Under the pieces are notes generated by a model that saw only the letters and a program-made list of their open reading frames with translations, had not been told where the DNA came from and ran no database searches. A stretch of DNA of 38,288 nucleotides from Bdellovibrionales bacterium (GTDB lineage Bacteria > Bdellovibrionota_G > JALEGL01 > JAGRAY01): the NCBI GenBank assembly GCA_020434375.1, contig JAGRAY010000001.1, forward strand, positions 1 through 38,288. Direction: 5' to 3'. Numbering within the stretch: position 1 is the stretch's first letter; the number at the start of each line of letters is the position of its first letter. A program made the position numbers and the translations under genes. Below are positions 8,346 through 21,445 of this stretch, piece after piece.

Positions 8346-10009
8346 GATCCACTCACTTTCTTTAGAGGTTGTGCCGCCGACATCGAACCTTTTTGAATTC
8401 TATATTGTTGAGCTACGCCCCAAAGGGTGCTCACTAAAATATAAAGATTCAATCCAGCCGGCAAAAATAGCATAAATGCCGTAAACATTACGGGCATAAT
8501 TTTCATCATCATTTGCTGAGCATCATCCGCAGACGGTGAAGGCGTAAGCTTTTGCTGAAAAAACATCGCCACGCCTAAGAGGACAGGCAAAATAAAATAG
8601 GGGTCGTGCGCTGCAAGATCCCGAATCCAAAAGGCAAATGGTTCGTGACGCAATTCAATCGAATTATAAAGAACGCGATAGAGCGCAAAGAAAATAGGTA
8701 ATTGTGGCAGCAGTAAAAGGCACCCGCCCATGGGGTTAATTTTATGAGAACGCATATAAGTCATCAGCTCTCTTGAATAGGCCTCTTTATTGTCTTTGTA
8801 TTTCTCCTTTAGCTCATCCATGTATGGCTTGTGTTCCTGCATTTTTCGCATGGATTTGGCCTGCATGTGCGTAAAGGGTGTCAGTAATAAACGAACCAAA
8901 ATCGTCAGTAATATTATCGCGACTCCGTAATTAGGAATAAACTTATGGGCGAATCTTAAGAACTTAATCATGGGCCTTGCAACTAACCCAAGCCAATCCC
9001 CAAGATCGATCGCACGATCCAAAGACTGTCCAACATTTCTAAGAGCATCAATATCTTTGGGTCCTGCGTAGAGCTTTAGCTGATAAACCAGTGGTTTTCC
9101 CGGGTCTAATTTCCAAACCGGGTAATTTAACTGGATTTGCATCTCGCTTTCATTCGCACTACCCAATGTTAAAGACTCCCATCTTCCCTGAACAGGAATT
9201 GCGGCAAGCAAGAAATACTGCGAATCAAACCCGGCCCACTGAATGTCACCTACAGGAACTTTTGGGTCTTTTTTAAACTCTCCAGAACTCCAATGATGAG
9301 TTTGATCGTTGATAAAAGAAGTCGCTCTCACAGGTGTGTGTCGCGGCTTGAAAAAACCACCTGCGCTTTTGTCATCTTCTGTGATCGCTCCACTCAATTT
9401 TGTCGAGGCACCTAAATTCACAGATTGTTTACCTGTGTTCAATATTTCCACTGTCCACAAAGAAGCATAAGATTTTGGATCTAAAAGAAGTGTCTTTTTT
9501 ACGTTAATTGAATGGCTCATTTGGGTTTGAAAAACGAATCGATTTTTTTCTGACTCTACTACAGAATAAACGCTTTCTTGGTCAGATATTGCCGTTCCAT
9601 CGACATTCAATGTCCAAGTGAATGGCTCTGTCGCGGGTCCTCCTATAGGGATCGTCGTTATGGAGGGTGATTTGCCTTTAACCGACTGGTGATATTTTAA
9701 GAGTCTAAGTTCTTCAATACTTCCTGGTTGATTAGTCACAAAAAGATGCCAAAGATCACTATCGACTTCGTCTATTTTTTTGGCGACCCCCGACTTAATG
9801 CTCGCCACGGGAACTTTAGATACAGAGCTAGAGGTCGTCTGATCCAATATCATTTTGCTGTTCGTCGGACTTGGCGTAACCTCGCCTGAAGTTGTAACTA
9901 CAGGTTCGATGGGTCGTGGTACGGGTTTAGGAACAAAGTATTCAAACCAAACATACAAAAATGCAACCGTTAACCCAATCGCAATCAAAAATCTTTTTTC
10001 ATGGTTCAT
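8342..10009 (-). CDS. yidC: Membrane protein insertase YidC
   Basis: ORF 8342..10084 (-). Conserved insertase core (NPMGGCLLLLPQLPIFFALYRVL, GLNLYILVSTLWGVAQQY) with a large periplasmic domain as in Gram-negative YidC. Start set to ATG 10009 (MNHEKRFLIAIGLTV, N-terminal TM). The longer form would overlap most of yidD's 3' end. Confidence 0.93.
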   Translation of the reverse strand: MNHEKRFLIAIGLTVAFLYVWFEYFVPKPVPRPIEPVVTTSGEVTPSPTNSKMILDQTTSSSVSKVPVASIKSGVAKKIDEVDSDLWHLFVTNQPGSIEELRLLKYHQSVKGKSPSITTIPIGGPATEPFTWTLNVDGTAISDQESVYSVVESEKNRFVFQTQMSHSINVKKTLLLDPKSYASLWTVEILNTGKQSVNLGASTKLSGAITEDDKSAGGFFKPRHTPVRATSFINDQTHHWSSGEFKKDPKVPVGDIQWAGFDSQYFLLAAIPVQGRWESLTLGSANESEMQIQLNYPVWKLDPGKPLVYQLKLYAGPKDIDALRNVGQSLDRAIDLGDWLGLVARPMIKFLRFAHKFIPNYGVAIILLTILVRLLLTPFTHMQAKSMRKMQEHKPYMDELKEKYKDNKEAYSRELMTYMRSHKINPMGGCLLLLPQLPIFFALYRVLYNSIELRHEPFAFWIRDLAAHDPYFILPVLLGVAMFFQQKLTPSPSADDAQQMMMKIMPVMFTAFMLFLPAGLNLYILVSTLWGVAQQYRIQKGSMSAAQPLKKVSGS

Positions 10010-10265
10010 AGTGATGGAACTCCGATTTATAATCTGTGGCCAATTTCCGAGTGCACTCCGACATATTTTTTGGCACGGGATCATATCCTCCCGGGTGAAA
10101 CGGTTGGCACTTTATTACCCGACATCCAATCAATTGGATTGCTCTAAAAAAGTGATGTCTACTTAAAGCGTCGTAAGCATATTGTGAACAAGTAGGATAA
10201 AACCTACAACTGGGCGCCAACAAAGGTGAGATAAGCCACTGATAAATTTTGATCAGAAATCTCAT
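9999..10265 (-). CDS. yidD: Membrane protein insertion efficiency factor YidD
   Basis: ORF 9999..10265 (-), 88 aa. Motifs CRFYPTCSQYA and HPGGYDPVP. ATGA overlap with the rnpA stop. Confidence 0.9.
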   Translation of the reverse strand: MRFLIKIYQWLISPLLAPSCRFYPTCSQYAYDALSRHHFFRAIQLIGCRVIKCQPFHPGGYDPVPKNMSECTRKLATDYKSEFHHYEP

Positions 10266-10612
10266 TGATTTTTTTCAATCAACGATGACTGAATTTCATT
10301 CTTGAGAAGTTCCAAGTGAGGCACCACGTTTCGACCGGGCCTTACCATCATGACAATATCGCACGAGGTTTTCAGCCTATGCTTCCTCAAACGAAAATAT
10401 TCCCTTAGTTTTCGTTTCCATTGATTTCGAATCACTGCGGACCCTACACGTCTACTCACAACCAAACCCAATCTGCTGAATGTTAATGCATTTGGAAGAG
10501 TCACAACCGTTAAATTCGAGGTTGAATATCTTCGTCCGTCTTTGAGACATTGTTTAAATTGCTTTGGTCTGGTGAGATGTTCGCTTTTTTTAAACGTAAA
10601 CTTTGAGTTCAC
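10262..10612 (-). CDS. rnpA: Ribonuclease P protein component
   Basis: ORF 10262..10612 (-), 116 aa, basic. RNR-type motif [18 protein letters not shown] start overlaps the rpmH stop (GTGA). Canonical position between rpmH and yidD. Confidence 0.9.
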   Translation of the reverse strand: MNSKFTFKKSEHLTRPKQFKQCLKDGRRYSTSNLTVVTLPNALTFSRLGLVVSRRVGSAVIRNQWKRKLREYFRLRKHRLKTSCDIVMMVRPGRNVVPHLELLKNEIQSSLIEKNQ

Positions 10613-10758
10613 TTACCAGAAATAGAGGCGGCCAAACGTTTTCGTCCTTTTCGCCTTCTTTGCGATAAAACTTTTTTACCAGAAGTCGTTTTCATTCTTT
10701 TTCGAAATCCGTGAGCGCGCTTTCGGCGAACTCGACTTGGTTGATACGTACGTTTCAT
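10609..10758 (-). CDS. rpmH: 50S ribosomal protein L34
   Basis: Not in the ORF track (49 aa). Hand translation of the minus strand from ATG 10758 gives [49 protein letters not shown] then TGA (10609-10611). This is a near-consensus L34 sequence. AAGGA lies upstream. Confidence 0.95.
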   Translation of the reverse strand: MKRTYQPSRVRRKRAHGFRKRMKTTSGKKVLSQRRRKGRKRLAASISGK

Positions 10759-11273
10759 AACTGTTCCAATTCCTTTTATTAACGCTGTTTTTAGCTTCTA
10801 CTTCATCCTTAAATTCGACACGAATCTTGCCCCTTTTCAACATAACCAGCGAAAACTGTCAAGGGGATATCTAGCCTTATCTTACAAGGTCTCATTTGAG
10901 GGCTGTGAGAGGGTTTTTGCAAAGCCTAGTAAAAATGAATGAAAATTCAGCACCTAGAAACAAAATCGCCCGCAAACAGCTTTCTTTAATTACGATCGGA
11001 GGAACCTAGTCGGAAATGTTTGCCAATTCGACATTCCATTCATCCCCACTCACAAAGCATTGGCGTGGCAAGGTCATAAATGCCAGAGATGTTTTTCTCT
11101 AAGAGTCACGTACACTACAAAAATTTCAACTTTTTTCTAAAAATCTGCGGCTTTTCGCCTGTGCTAAATCATCGATTCCGTTTGGTGTTCGCGGCGCATC
11201 TAAAAAAAAATATTTTCCCGCTCATTTTCTTGACCCATATCCAAAGCCTTATGCTAACTCCGTTCCTTCCACA

Positions 11274-12614
11274 ATGAAACAAACTTGGACCCAAACTAAA
11301 GCTCACCTCGAAAGCGTCCTACCTTCGCACACATTTAACACATGGATCAAACCGCTGAGCTATCGCTCAGTGTCCGAAAACAAACTCATTATAGAAGTGC
11401 CAAATGCTTTTTATAAAGAACGTATTCTATCTTCGTACGCGAATCTTATCCTAGCAAAAGTTCGCCAAATTTCTGAAAATCACTTTTTAGATGTTTCTTT
11501 TGTTCTTCCGGATGCTTTCGCTTCCTCTAAAGTAATCGAATCCATCTCGAAAATTAAAACAACGGCTCTTTTTGAAAAAAATGTCTCGCGATCCAAAGAA
11601 AGTATTAACCAGAGGTATACATTTGATCACTTGGTTGTGGGAAGTCATAATCAATTTGCACACGCTGCAGCTATGGCCGTTTGCGACGCTCCTGGGCAGC
11701 TTTACAACCCTCTTTTCATATATGGCGGTGTTGGATTAGGTAAGACACATTTATTGTGTGCGATCGGAAACGAGATTTTAAAACGCTCCCCACAAAAACG
11801 CGTCGTCTACCAAACTTCTGAAGATTTTGTTAACCAACTCATCCAAAGCATTCGAAATCAACGTATGAACGACTTCCGAACGCAGCATCGCCAAGGTCTG
11901 GACGTTTTGCTTATCGACGATATTCAGTTTTTTAGTGGTAAAGAGCGCACACAAGAGGAGTTTTTTCATACATTTAATGCGCTTCATCAGTTTAATGTAC
12001 AAATTGTCTTAACGTCGGATCGGATGCCAAAAGACATCCCTGAGCTCGACGAAAGGCTGCGTTCTCGGTTTGAATGGGGCCTTTTTTGCGATGTAACTGT
12101 GCCCGACCTTGAAACACGCGTCGCGATTTTAAGAAAAAAGGCCGATTCATCTGGGGTAGATCTGCCTGATGACGTCGCCGACTTTCTGGCAAGTGAAAAC
12201 ACTAGTAATATTCGCTCCCTTGAGGGGGTTTTTATTAGTCTTGTCGCAAAATCTTCATTACAAAAAAGGCCTCTGACCCTGGAGTTTGCCAAAGAGGTCT
12301 TTGCAAGTCACCCCAAAATACCTCCTAATATTGAAGAAATTCAAAGACATGTTTCGTCTTTTTATAACTTAGCAGTATCAACGATGCGATCGAGTTGTCG
12401 CCAAAAGGCCGTGGCACTTCCAAGACAAATCGCTATGTTTTTAGCTCGTAAACACACGGCATCCTCTTATCCCGATATCGGTAAAAAATTTGGCGGCAAA
12501 GATCACTCTACGGTTATTCACGCTGTCGAAAAAATTGAGCGTCTCGTTCTCGAGGACAATAAGTTTCGGCACACCGTTGAAGCTATTGAAAAAAGCCTTT
12601 CTTTAGATTCGTAG
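11274..12614 (+). CDS. dnaA: Chromosomal replication initiator protein DnaA
   Basis: ORF 11274..12614 (+), 446 aa. AAA+ Walker A GGVGLGKTHL, Walker B VLLIDDIQFF, and domain IV DNA-binding region RQIAMFLARKHTASSYPDIGKKFGGKDHSTVIHA. Confidence 0.97.
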   Translation: MKQTWTQTKAHLESVLPSHTFNTWIKPLSYRSVSENKLIIEVPNAFYKERILSSYANLILAKVRQISENHFLDVSFVLPDAFASSKVIESISKIKTTALFEKNVSRSKESINQRYTFDHLVVGSHNQFAHAAAMAVCDAPGQLYNPLFIYGGVGLGKTHLLCAIGNEILKRSPQKRVVYQTSEDFVNQLIQSIRNQRMNDFRTQHRQGLDVLLIDDIQFFSGKERTQEEFFHTFNALHQFNVQIVLTSDRMPKDIPELDERLRSRFEWGLFCDVTVPDLETRVAILRKKADSSGVDLPDDVADFLASENTSNIRSLEGVFISLVAKSSLQKRPLTLEFAKEVFASHPKIPPNIEEIQRHVSSFYNLAVSTMRSSCRQKAVALPRQIAMFLARKHTASSYPDIGKKFGGKDHSTVIHAVEKIERLVLEDNKFRHTVEAIEKSLSLDS

Positions 12615-12884
12615 GCTTAATTTTACCCACAAAACAATGAAAATGCTTAACCGAACCAGCCAGAATATTCGATTGCATCTTGTGCATAAATATGGTTTTA
12701 AAAAGTTGGTTTCTAACGGTTTAGGAGTTTCTGTGCATGACTAATATATTACTCACATGTTTATCCACAACAACATCATCACTTTTTATGTATATTTTCA
12801 GTTGTTTGAGCGTTTTTTCCACATTGTTCACAGGGCCTACGAGTACTACTATTTCTTTTAAACTATTAAATAAAGAGGGTGTGT
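12615..12884. promoter_or_regulatory. oriC: Candidate oriC: DnaA-box cluster plus AT-rich tracts in the dnaA-dnaN spacer
   Basis: Perfect DnaA box TTATCCACA at 12761-12769. One-mismatch boxes TTACCCACA (12623-12631), TGTGCATAA (12681-12689) and TTTTCCACA (12815-12823). Two-mismatch box TTGTTCACA (12824-12832). AT-rich stretches around 12741-12800 and 12851-12875. Confidence 0.7.
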
Positions 12885-14006
12885 ATGAAAATTGATTGCC
12901 AACAAAAAGACTTATTTCGAGCCCTTCAAACGGTAGTGCCGGTCACGGAAAAAAAGACCACGATGCCCATTTTGGGAAATCTTTTGTTTCAAGTCCAAGA
13001 TAATCAATTATTAATCTCAGGTACTGATCTTGAACTTTCTATTCAAAGTGAATGTCCTGTTAAGTCTCACCTGGAGGGTCAAATATGTACGCCCGCTCAG
13101 CAATGGATGGATATTGTTCGTCGATTACCGAGTCCAGACGTTAGTATTCAAAAAGACGACCATGGTTGGCTAATTCTGAAGAGCGGCAAGGCTCAATTTC
13201 GTATAGCCGGTATTGATGCTGAAGAATTTCCAAAACTACCGGACCTTAAAGATCACCATTTTCAAAACGTTCGAAAAAATATCTTTCTTGAAGGGATTGA
13301 ACGAACAGCTTATGCGATGTCGGTGGATGAAATTCGTTACAACCTCAACGGTATATTTATGGAGAAACTTGTTGAAGACGAGTTGTCAGTCATCAAAATG
13401 GTTTCAACTGATGGGCACCGTCTTGCGTTTTCAACCAGTCAACTTCAAAATGGAGAAGACTTAAATCTGGAAAAAGGTGTGATATTGCCACGAAAAGGTG
13501 TGATGGAACTCAAAAGACTTCTGCCAGAATACAGTGACGAGACTATTCAGGTTTCAATTTCACAAAACAACGCGGCCTTTGTGGCGGGCGGCACAAAACT
13601 ATTTATGAAGATGGTGGTAGGAGATTTTCCGAAATATCAGGATGTCATTCCAAAAGGTGAGAGAAAAAAACTTGTTGTGCAAAAATCGTTATTAACAGAC
13701 TCTCTTAAAAGAGTATCCATTTTATCGGAAGGAAAGTCTAAGGCAGTAAAATTTAGTATTCGACCTGATGGTATTTTGTTGTCTGCTCAGAGTCCAGAGC
13801 TTGGAGAAGCCCAAGAAGATATTCCAGCGGAATTCACAGGCGGCGAACTTCAAATTGGATTTAACGCTAAGTATGTTCTTGATGCACTTCATGTTTTTCA
13901 GGAAGAAAAAATTGTTTTTGAACTCGACCATGAACAAAGCCCTGGCATCCTCAAAGAGCTCGACGAAAATAAAAGTATGAGCGTTATTATGCCCATGCGT
14001 ATTTGA
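12885..14006 (+). CDS. dnaN: DNA polymerase III beta sliding clamp
   Basis: ORF 12879..14006 (+). Typical DnaN N-terminus (MKIDCQQKDLFRALQTV...TTMPILGNLLF) and C-terminus (SVIMPMRI). Start set to ATG 12885, with AGAGGG 5 nt upstream. The GTG at 12879 falls within that Shine-Dalgarno sequence. Confidence 0.95.
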   Translation: MKIDCQQKDLFRALQTVVPVTEKKTTMPILGNLLFQVQDNQLLISGTDLELSIQSECPVKSHLEGQICTPAQQWMDIVRRLPSPDVSIQKDDHGWLILKSGKAQFRIAGIDAEEFPKLPDLKDHHFQNVRKNIFLEGIERTAYAMSVDEIRYNLNGIFMEKLVEDELSVIKMVSTDGHRLAFSTSQLQNGEDLNLEKGVILPRKGVMELKRLLPEYSDETIQVSISQNNAAFVAGGTKLFMKMVVGDFPKYQDVIPKGERKKLVVQKSLLTDSLKRVSILSEGKSKAVKFSIRPDGILLSAQSPELGEAQEDIPAEFTGGELQIGFNAKYVLDALHVFQEEKIVFELDHEQSPGILKELDENKSMSVIMPMRI

Positions 14007-14018
14007 TTTTATTAGTGC

Positions 14019-15125
14019 GTGAACGATACTTTCAATCAAGGTGATTTTAAACCTCATAGAATCAAAAGACTCGTCTTAAAAAATATTCGGATTTACGGTG
14101 AAGCGCTTTTTGACTTTGAAGATCAGCTTTCCGTTTTGTTTGGACCAAATGGTTCTGGTAAAACAACAGTACTCGAATCGATTTCTATTCTCGGAACCCT
14201 TAAATCATTTAGATCGTCTCGAATTTACGATGTTATAAGAAAGGATGAGTCTCACGCCTTAATAGAGGCCAAGTTTGATAACCCTATACAAACTCGAAAG
14301 ATAGAAATTCGAGAGAGAAGCAAAGTTTTATATAAAAATGGTAGTAAAGAAAATGATGTAAAAAAATACCTAAGTAATTTATCAATCACGTGCCTTGCGC
14401 CGGATCACTTGTTGCTTGTAAAATCTGGTCCGGAAGAGAGACGTAAATATTTAGATTATATTCTATTTAATCTGGATGATACCTACCTAGATTACTTAAA
14501 AAGATACCAGCGTGCTGTAAAACAAAAGGCTAGTATTTTAAAACAAAAACTTAGTAAGTCGGTATATTTAGACTTAGTTTATCCATGGGAAAAAGAAATC
14601 GCCTTGAGCGGTGACTACATTCGGACTCAACGAAAAAATATTCTTTCAAAGATGCTTTCAAGTTTTCAAGAGTTTTTTGCAGAAATATCCAATAAATCTA
14701 ACAATAAGCATATTACCATTGATTACCAAGACACAGAACAAACCATCCTTGAGGAGATTCAACAAAAAAGGGACGCAGAATTTTATTCCCAACGTGTACT
14801 TACGGGCGCTCATCGTGATGACATAAAAATTTATCTTAGTGGTAGTCCAGCTAAAGACGTGGGTAGTCAGGGTGAGGTATCGTCAATAGTACTAGCTTTA
14901 AAAATGACAGAACTTGCGATACTAGAAAAACAGTGGCACGGCTCGCCGATTTTATTGCTCGACGATGTAGGAAACGCTCTTGATGAAGCGCGTCGCACCC
15001 ATCTTATGGGTTGGGTTCAAAAGCGAAATACGCAAGTTATTATGACGACAGCAGACCCCCAAATATTTGATTTGGCTACAAAAGCGGGTGGCAAGAAACT
15101 CGACGGACGAAGATCTGCATTTTAG
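14019..15125 (+). CDS. recF: DNA replication and repair protein RecF
   Basis: ORF 14019..15125 (+), 368 aa. GTG start is the only canonical start upstream of the conserved N-terminus. Walker A GPNGSGKTTVLESI, Walker B ILLLDDVGNALD. Canonical position after dnaN. Confidence 0.92.
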   Translation: MNDTFNQGDFKPHRIKRLVLKNIRIYGEALFDFEDQLSVLFGPNGSGKTTVLESISILGTLKSFRSSRIYDVIRKDESHALIEAKFDNPIQTRKIEIRERSKVLYKNGSKENDVKKYLSNLSITCLAPDHLLLVKSGPEERRKYLDYILFNLDDTYLDYLKRYQRAVKQKASILKQKLSKSVYLDLVYPWEKEIALSGDYIRTQRKNILSKMLSSFQEFFAEISNKSNNKHITIDYQDTEQTILEEIQQKRDAEFYSQRVLTGAHRDDIKIYLSGSPAKDVGSQGEVSSIVLALKMTELAILEKQWHGSPILLLDDVGNALDEARRTHLMGWVQKRNTQVIMTTADPQIFDLATKAGGKKLDGRRSAF

Positions 15126-15174
15126 GGAGATCCCATAGTATCTTTACGTTGCTGCACAGTGCTGTCCATGGTAG

Positions 15175-17676
<2,502 letters not shown>

Positions 17677-17701
17677 AACCAATGCATAGAAAGATCCATC
17701 G

Positions 17702-20152
17702 ATGTCACAAGTAGAAAAACTAAAAGAAATTCCAAGATCTATTGAAGAAGAGATGCGTTCATCGTATCTCGACTATGCTATGAGCGTTATTGTTGGTCGT
17801 GCACTTCCCGATGCGCGCGATGGACTCAAGCCAGTACATCGCAGAGTTCTTTTTGGCATGTACGAAATGGGCAACTATTCCAACAAGCCCCATAAAAAAT
17901 CTGCTCGCGTTGTTGGTGATGTCATGGGTAAGTACCACCCTCATGGCGATGCTGCCATTTACGACACGATCGTTCGTATGGCCCAAGATTTTTCTATGCG
18001 TCACGTATTGGTTGATGGTCAAGGAAATTTTGGCTCCGTTGATGGAGATGCGGCAGCAGCCATGCGTTATACTGAAATCCGGCTTTCTAAAATCGCTGAA
18101 GAGTTTCTTAAAGACATTGAAAAAGAAACAGTGGCGCACGGTCGAAACTACGACGACACTCTTGATGAACCACTCCTTTTGCCAACCAAAATTCCTAACC
18201 TTTTGGTAAATGGTGCCTCAGGTATTGCGGTCGGTATGGCCACCAATATTCCACCTCACAACTTAGGAGAAGTGTGTGATGCTCTGGTTCAAATTATTAA
18301 GAATCCAGAACTTGAAAACAAAGAACTTTATAAAATTGTCAAGGGCCCAGATTTTCCAACCCAAGGTATCATCTACGGAACTAGTGGAATCAAAAATGCT
18401 TACGATACAGGCAAGGGAAAATTCTTTGTTCGTGCAAAGTCATCAATTGAAAATATTGGAAAGGGAAATCGTCAACAAATTGTAGTGACAGAAATTCCTT
18501 ACCAAGTGAACAAGGCTCGCCTTATTGAATCGATCGCTAACCTAGTGCGAGATAAGAAAATTGAGGGTATTCGTGACCTTCGAGACGAGTCCGACCGCGA
18601 GGGTATGCGCATTGTTATTGAAATCAAAAGCGATGCAACCTCAGAAGTGATATTGAATCAATTATATACCAATACGCAAATGCAAATTTCCTACGGAGTT
18701 ATTTTGCTAGCGTTGGTTAACAATAAGCCCAAAGTTATCTCCCTAAGAGAGGCGCTTGATATTTTTATCCAGCACCGTCGTGAAATTGTCACACGTCGAA
18801 CCATTTTCGATCTTAAAAAAGCCGAAGCTAGGGCACATATTTTACAGGGTCTAAAAATAGCTCTTGATAATCTTGATGCTGTGATTGCTTTGATCCGAAA
18901 ATCTAAAGATCCGCATATTGCCAAAGAGAGCCTTTGCAAAAAATTTGAGCTTTCAGAAATTCAAGCCACAGCCATTTTGGAAATGCGCCTTCAACGCCTG
19001 ACGAACTTGGAGCGAGACAAAATTATTCAAGAATACAAAGATATTCTTAAGCTCATTGAAGATCTTAAAAAGATTCTTGCTGATGAGAAGTTGGTTAGCA
19101 ATATTATTGTTTCAGAGCTCGAAGAAACAAAAAAAGAATTTGCAAACAAACGACTCACAGAAATTCGATCCAAACTCGAGGAGTTCTCCAAAGAAGATCT
19201 CATCGAAGAAGAAGAAATGGTCGTTACCTTTACGCATGCAGGCTACATCAAGCGCAACCCCGTGTCTCTTTACAAGAGTCAAAAACGAGGAGGTAAGGGT
19301 AAGGTTGGTACAGGGGTTAAAGACGAAGACTTTGTTACATCGCTCTTCGTGGCATCGACGCACTCTTATGTACTAGTGTTTTCAGACAGAGGGCGCGTGT
19401 ATTGGTTAAAGGTTCACGAAATACCTCAGGCAGGCAGAGCAGCTAGGGGTAGGCCCATTGTCAATCTGGTTCAAATGCAGCCAAGCGAAACGGTAGCGGC
19501 TATTTTGCCCGTGAAAGAATTTTCCGAAGGAAGCTTTGTTTTTATGGCCACACGAAGTGGCATTGTTAAGAAAACCGATCTCATGCAATTTGCGCACCCA
19601 AGAAATTCAGGAATTATTGCATGTACCGTTAAAGATGGCGACAAACTCATTGGCGCTCAAATAACCGGTGGTGACATGGAAGTCTTCTTGGCTTCAAAAG
19701 AAGGCCAGGCGATTCGCTTCAATGAAAGTGAGGTTCGTTCGATGGGACGTCAGGCCTCAGGTGTCTACGGAATGGACCTAGGCAAAGACGACGAAGTCGT
19801 CAATATGCAGGTGTTTAAAAAAGAAGGCACGTTATTGACAGTCACGCAAAAAGGCTATGGCAAGCGCACAGAAACCACCGAATATCGCAAGCAGTCTCGG
19901 GGTGGCAAGGGCATTATGACCATCAATATTACCGAAAAAAATGGTCCTCTGGTTGGCTTGTCTTTGGTTACAGATGATGACGACATTATGCTGATTACTG
20001 ATCAAGGCCAATTGATTCGGATGCATGCAAAAGATGTTTCAGTGATTGGTCGCGCAACGCAAGGACTTCGACTCATCAATCTTCACAAAGGAGAAACGTT
20101 GGTATCCGTGACCAAAATAGTTCCTGAAGAAGCCGCCGAAACAGCTGAGTAG
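17702..20152 (+). CDS. gyrA: DNA gyrase subunit A
   Basis: ORF 17702..20152 (+), 816 aa. QRDR-type [20 protein letters not shown], catalytic-Tyr region [11 protein letters not shown], and a C-terminal beta-pinwheel repeat region. Confidence 0.97.
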   Translation: MSQVEKLKEIPRSIEEEMRSSYLDYAMSVIVGRALPDARDGLKPVHRRVLFGMYEMGNYSNKPHKKSARVVGDVMGKYHPHGDAAIYDTIVRMAQDFSMRHVLVDGQGNFGSVDGDAAAAMRYTEIRLSKIAEEFLKDIEKETVAHGRNYDDTLDEPLLLPTKIPNLLVNGASGIAVGMATNIPPHNLGEVCDALVQIIKNPELENKELYKIVKGPDFPTQGIIYGTSGIKNAYDTGKGKFFVRAKSSIENIGKGNRQQIVVTEIPYQVNKARLIESIANLVRDKKIEGIRDLRDESDREGMRIVIEIKSDATSEVILNQLYTNTQMQISYGVILLALVNNKPKVISLREALDIFIQHRREIVTRRTIFDLKKAEARAHILQGLKIALDNLDAVIALIRKSKDPHIAKESLCKKFELSEIQATAILEMRLQRLTNLERDKIIQEYKDILKLIEDLKKILADEKLVSNIIVSELEETKKEFANKRLTEIRSKLEEFSKEDLIEEEEMVVTFTHAGYIKRNPVSLYKSQKRGGKGKVGTGVKDEDFVTSLFVASTHSYVLVFSDRGRVYWLKVHEIPQAGRAARGRPIVNLVQMQPSETVAAILPVKEFSEGSFVFMATRSGIVKKTDLMQFAHPRNSGIIACTVKDGDKLIGAQITGGDMEVFLASKEGQAIRFNESEVRSMGRQASGVYGMDLGKDDEVVNMQVFKKEGTLLTVTQKGYGKRTETTEYRKQSRGGKGIMTINITEKNGPLVGLSLVTDDDDIMLITDQGQLIRMHAKDVSVIGRATQGLRLINLHKGETLVSVTKIVPEEAAETAE

Positions 20153-20221
20153 TAGACCATCTTTAAGAAAAATTAATAATTCTAGCGTTGGCATTTTCAG
20201 TTAACCTGCTTAAATAAACGT

Positions 20222-21391
20222 GTGAGTTTTCATAAGCTTATAAGCATTTGCAGCGTAATGGCGTTTTTGGGTTGCAATGAGCCAAAGCAAGATCAGTCGG
20301 CTGGTGCTGTTGAAACTAAGAGTAAAACGACATCAAACACGCAACTTTTTGGTTTGAACACCTTTCTAGATGATAAAGGCAACTCAGGCGCAAAATCACA
20401 ACCAACCGTATCAGTTCATGGCGCGAAACGAATTCCCGATCTCAGTACTAAGACATCTAAGTTGAAAGAGCCTCTTTCGCCTCTACCTTCAAAGGATCTA
20501 ACAAAGCTATCCTTAAAATCAAAAGAGCAGCGCTCAACGCCGATATCCGTGCGTACAGTGCCATCTCGAAGCATAGCGAACACAAAACCAGATCGACCTG
20601 CAAAAGTTTCCTCAAAAAAAAGTACTTCATCAGCTAAGCCGATACGTTCAAAAAGGAATGCTGCAAACGTTGCTGATAGTGATCCAGAAACTCTATGCGA
20701 CCAAAAGAGTGACGACCGGAATTTTGAAGAAGAAGACACAGAATGCAACTCACCTAAAATTGCAGCAACGGTTGACTTTTCATACAGTGTGTACAAATCG
20801 GGTGTGTTTGGCTCACCGACCTTGCGCATACGAAAAGCACAAGTAACCGTTTACGAAACGAACCTATTTAGTTCCGATCCGTTGACATTGAACTTTGGTC
20901 CATTCTCCCGATCGGGAGACAACTTACTATGTTCCGATCTCGAGCTTTTCTACTCGAGTAATAGTTTGTATTTAATCAACGATGAAGAGAAAGATGCTTC
21001 CAATTGTCTCGATCAATTAGGAAAAGCGCCTCAGGCGGGCCTTCGAATTTCATTTGTTTCACAGCAAGGTGCAGATCTTAAAACCGCGATATCACCAATA
21101 CCGTTTGCCTATCAAAACCAAGACAATGCACTCAAACTCGTTGGCATAAGTGATTCCTGCATGGTTAGACAGAAAACCAAAGGTCATCCAGTCATCGGCC
21201 ACATGTCTCAAGCAGGGTATGTTTCAACAAGTATCACGATCGATGAAAAAGCAGACAAGTATTTGGAATGCAGAACAACGAAACTGGTGCCTATAACAAC
21301 GATGTCCAAATATCAAATTCAAATTATAACAGCGTACACATTGGAATTGTCAATGTCATATCGCTTCACAGATTCAAATCCAATCACATAG
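20222..21391 (+). CDS. Hypothetical lipoprotein with basic Ser/Lys/Pro-rich linker
   Basis: ORF 20222..21391 (+), 389 aa, GTG start. Lipobox in MSFHKLISICSVMAFLGC|NE. About 140 aa of low-complexity K/S/P/T-rich sequence, followed by a Cys-containing C-terminal domain with no family recognisable by eye. Confidence 0.65.
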   Translation: MSFHKLISICSVMAFLGCNEPKQDQSAGAVETKSKTTSNTQLFGLNTFLDDKGNSGAKSQPTVSVHGAKRIPDLSTKTSKLKEPLSPLPSKDLTKLSLKSKEQRSTPISVRTVPSRSIANTKPDRPAKVSSKKSTSSAKPIRSKRNAANVADSDPETLCDQKSDDRNFEEEDTECNSPKIAATVDFSYSVYKSGVFGSPTLRIRKAQVTVYETNLFSSDPLTLNFGPFSRSGDNLLCSDLELFYSSNSLYLINDEEKDASNCLDQLGKAPQAGLRISFVSQQGADLKTAISPIPFAYQNQDNALKLVGISDSCMVRQKTKGHPVIGHMSQAGYVSTSITIDEKADKYLECRTTKLVPITTMSKYQIQIITAYTLELSMSYRFTDSNPIT

Positions 21392-21445
21392 CGATTTAAA
21401 CAATCTTAATATTACTTTGTTAAAACACCCCTGCCTTTTGGGGTT

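Noticed and set aside
11080-11277. 65-aa ORF just upstream of dnaA. Also a 28-aa ORF downstream of a GGAGG at about 11000
   Set aside because: The composition is hydrophobic and low-complexity, and the ORF overlaps the probable dnaA promoter. The GGAGG lies 13 nt from the small ORF's ATG, which is too far. Nothing supports coding.
11778-12292. Minus-strand ORFs 11778..12002, 11987..12292 and 11992..12192
   Set aside because: They are antisense to dnaA, whose reading frame is unambiguous.
13722-14057. Minus-strand 111-aa ORF spanning the dnaN-recF junction
   Set aside because: It is antisense to the conserved dnaN C-terminus and recF N-terminus, and its composition is an AT-rich codon artefact.
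17759-18209. ORFs 17759..18139 (-) and 17790..18209 (+) of 126-139 aa
   Set aside because: Both are nested within the highly conserved gyrA N-terminal region, in antisense or alternative frames.
20416-20829. 137-aa minus-strand ORF
   Set aside because: It is antisense to the low-complexity linker of the lipoprotein gene. Biased sequence keeps the reverse frame open.
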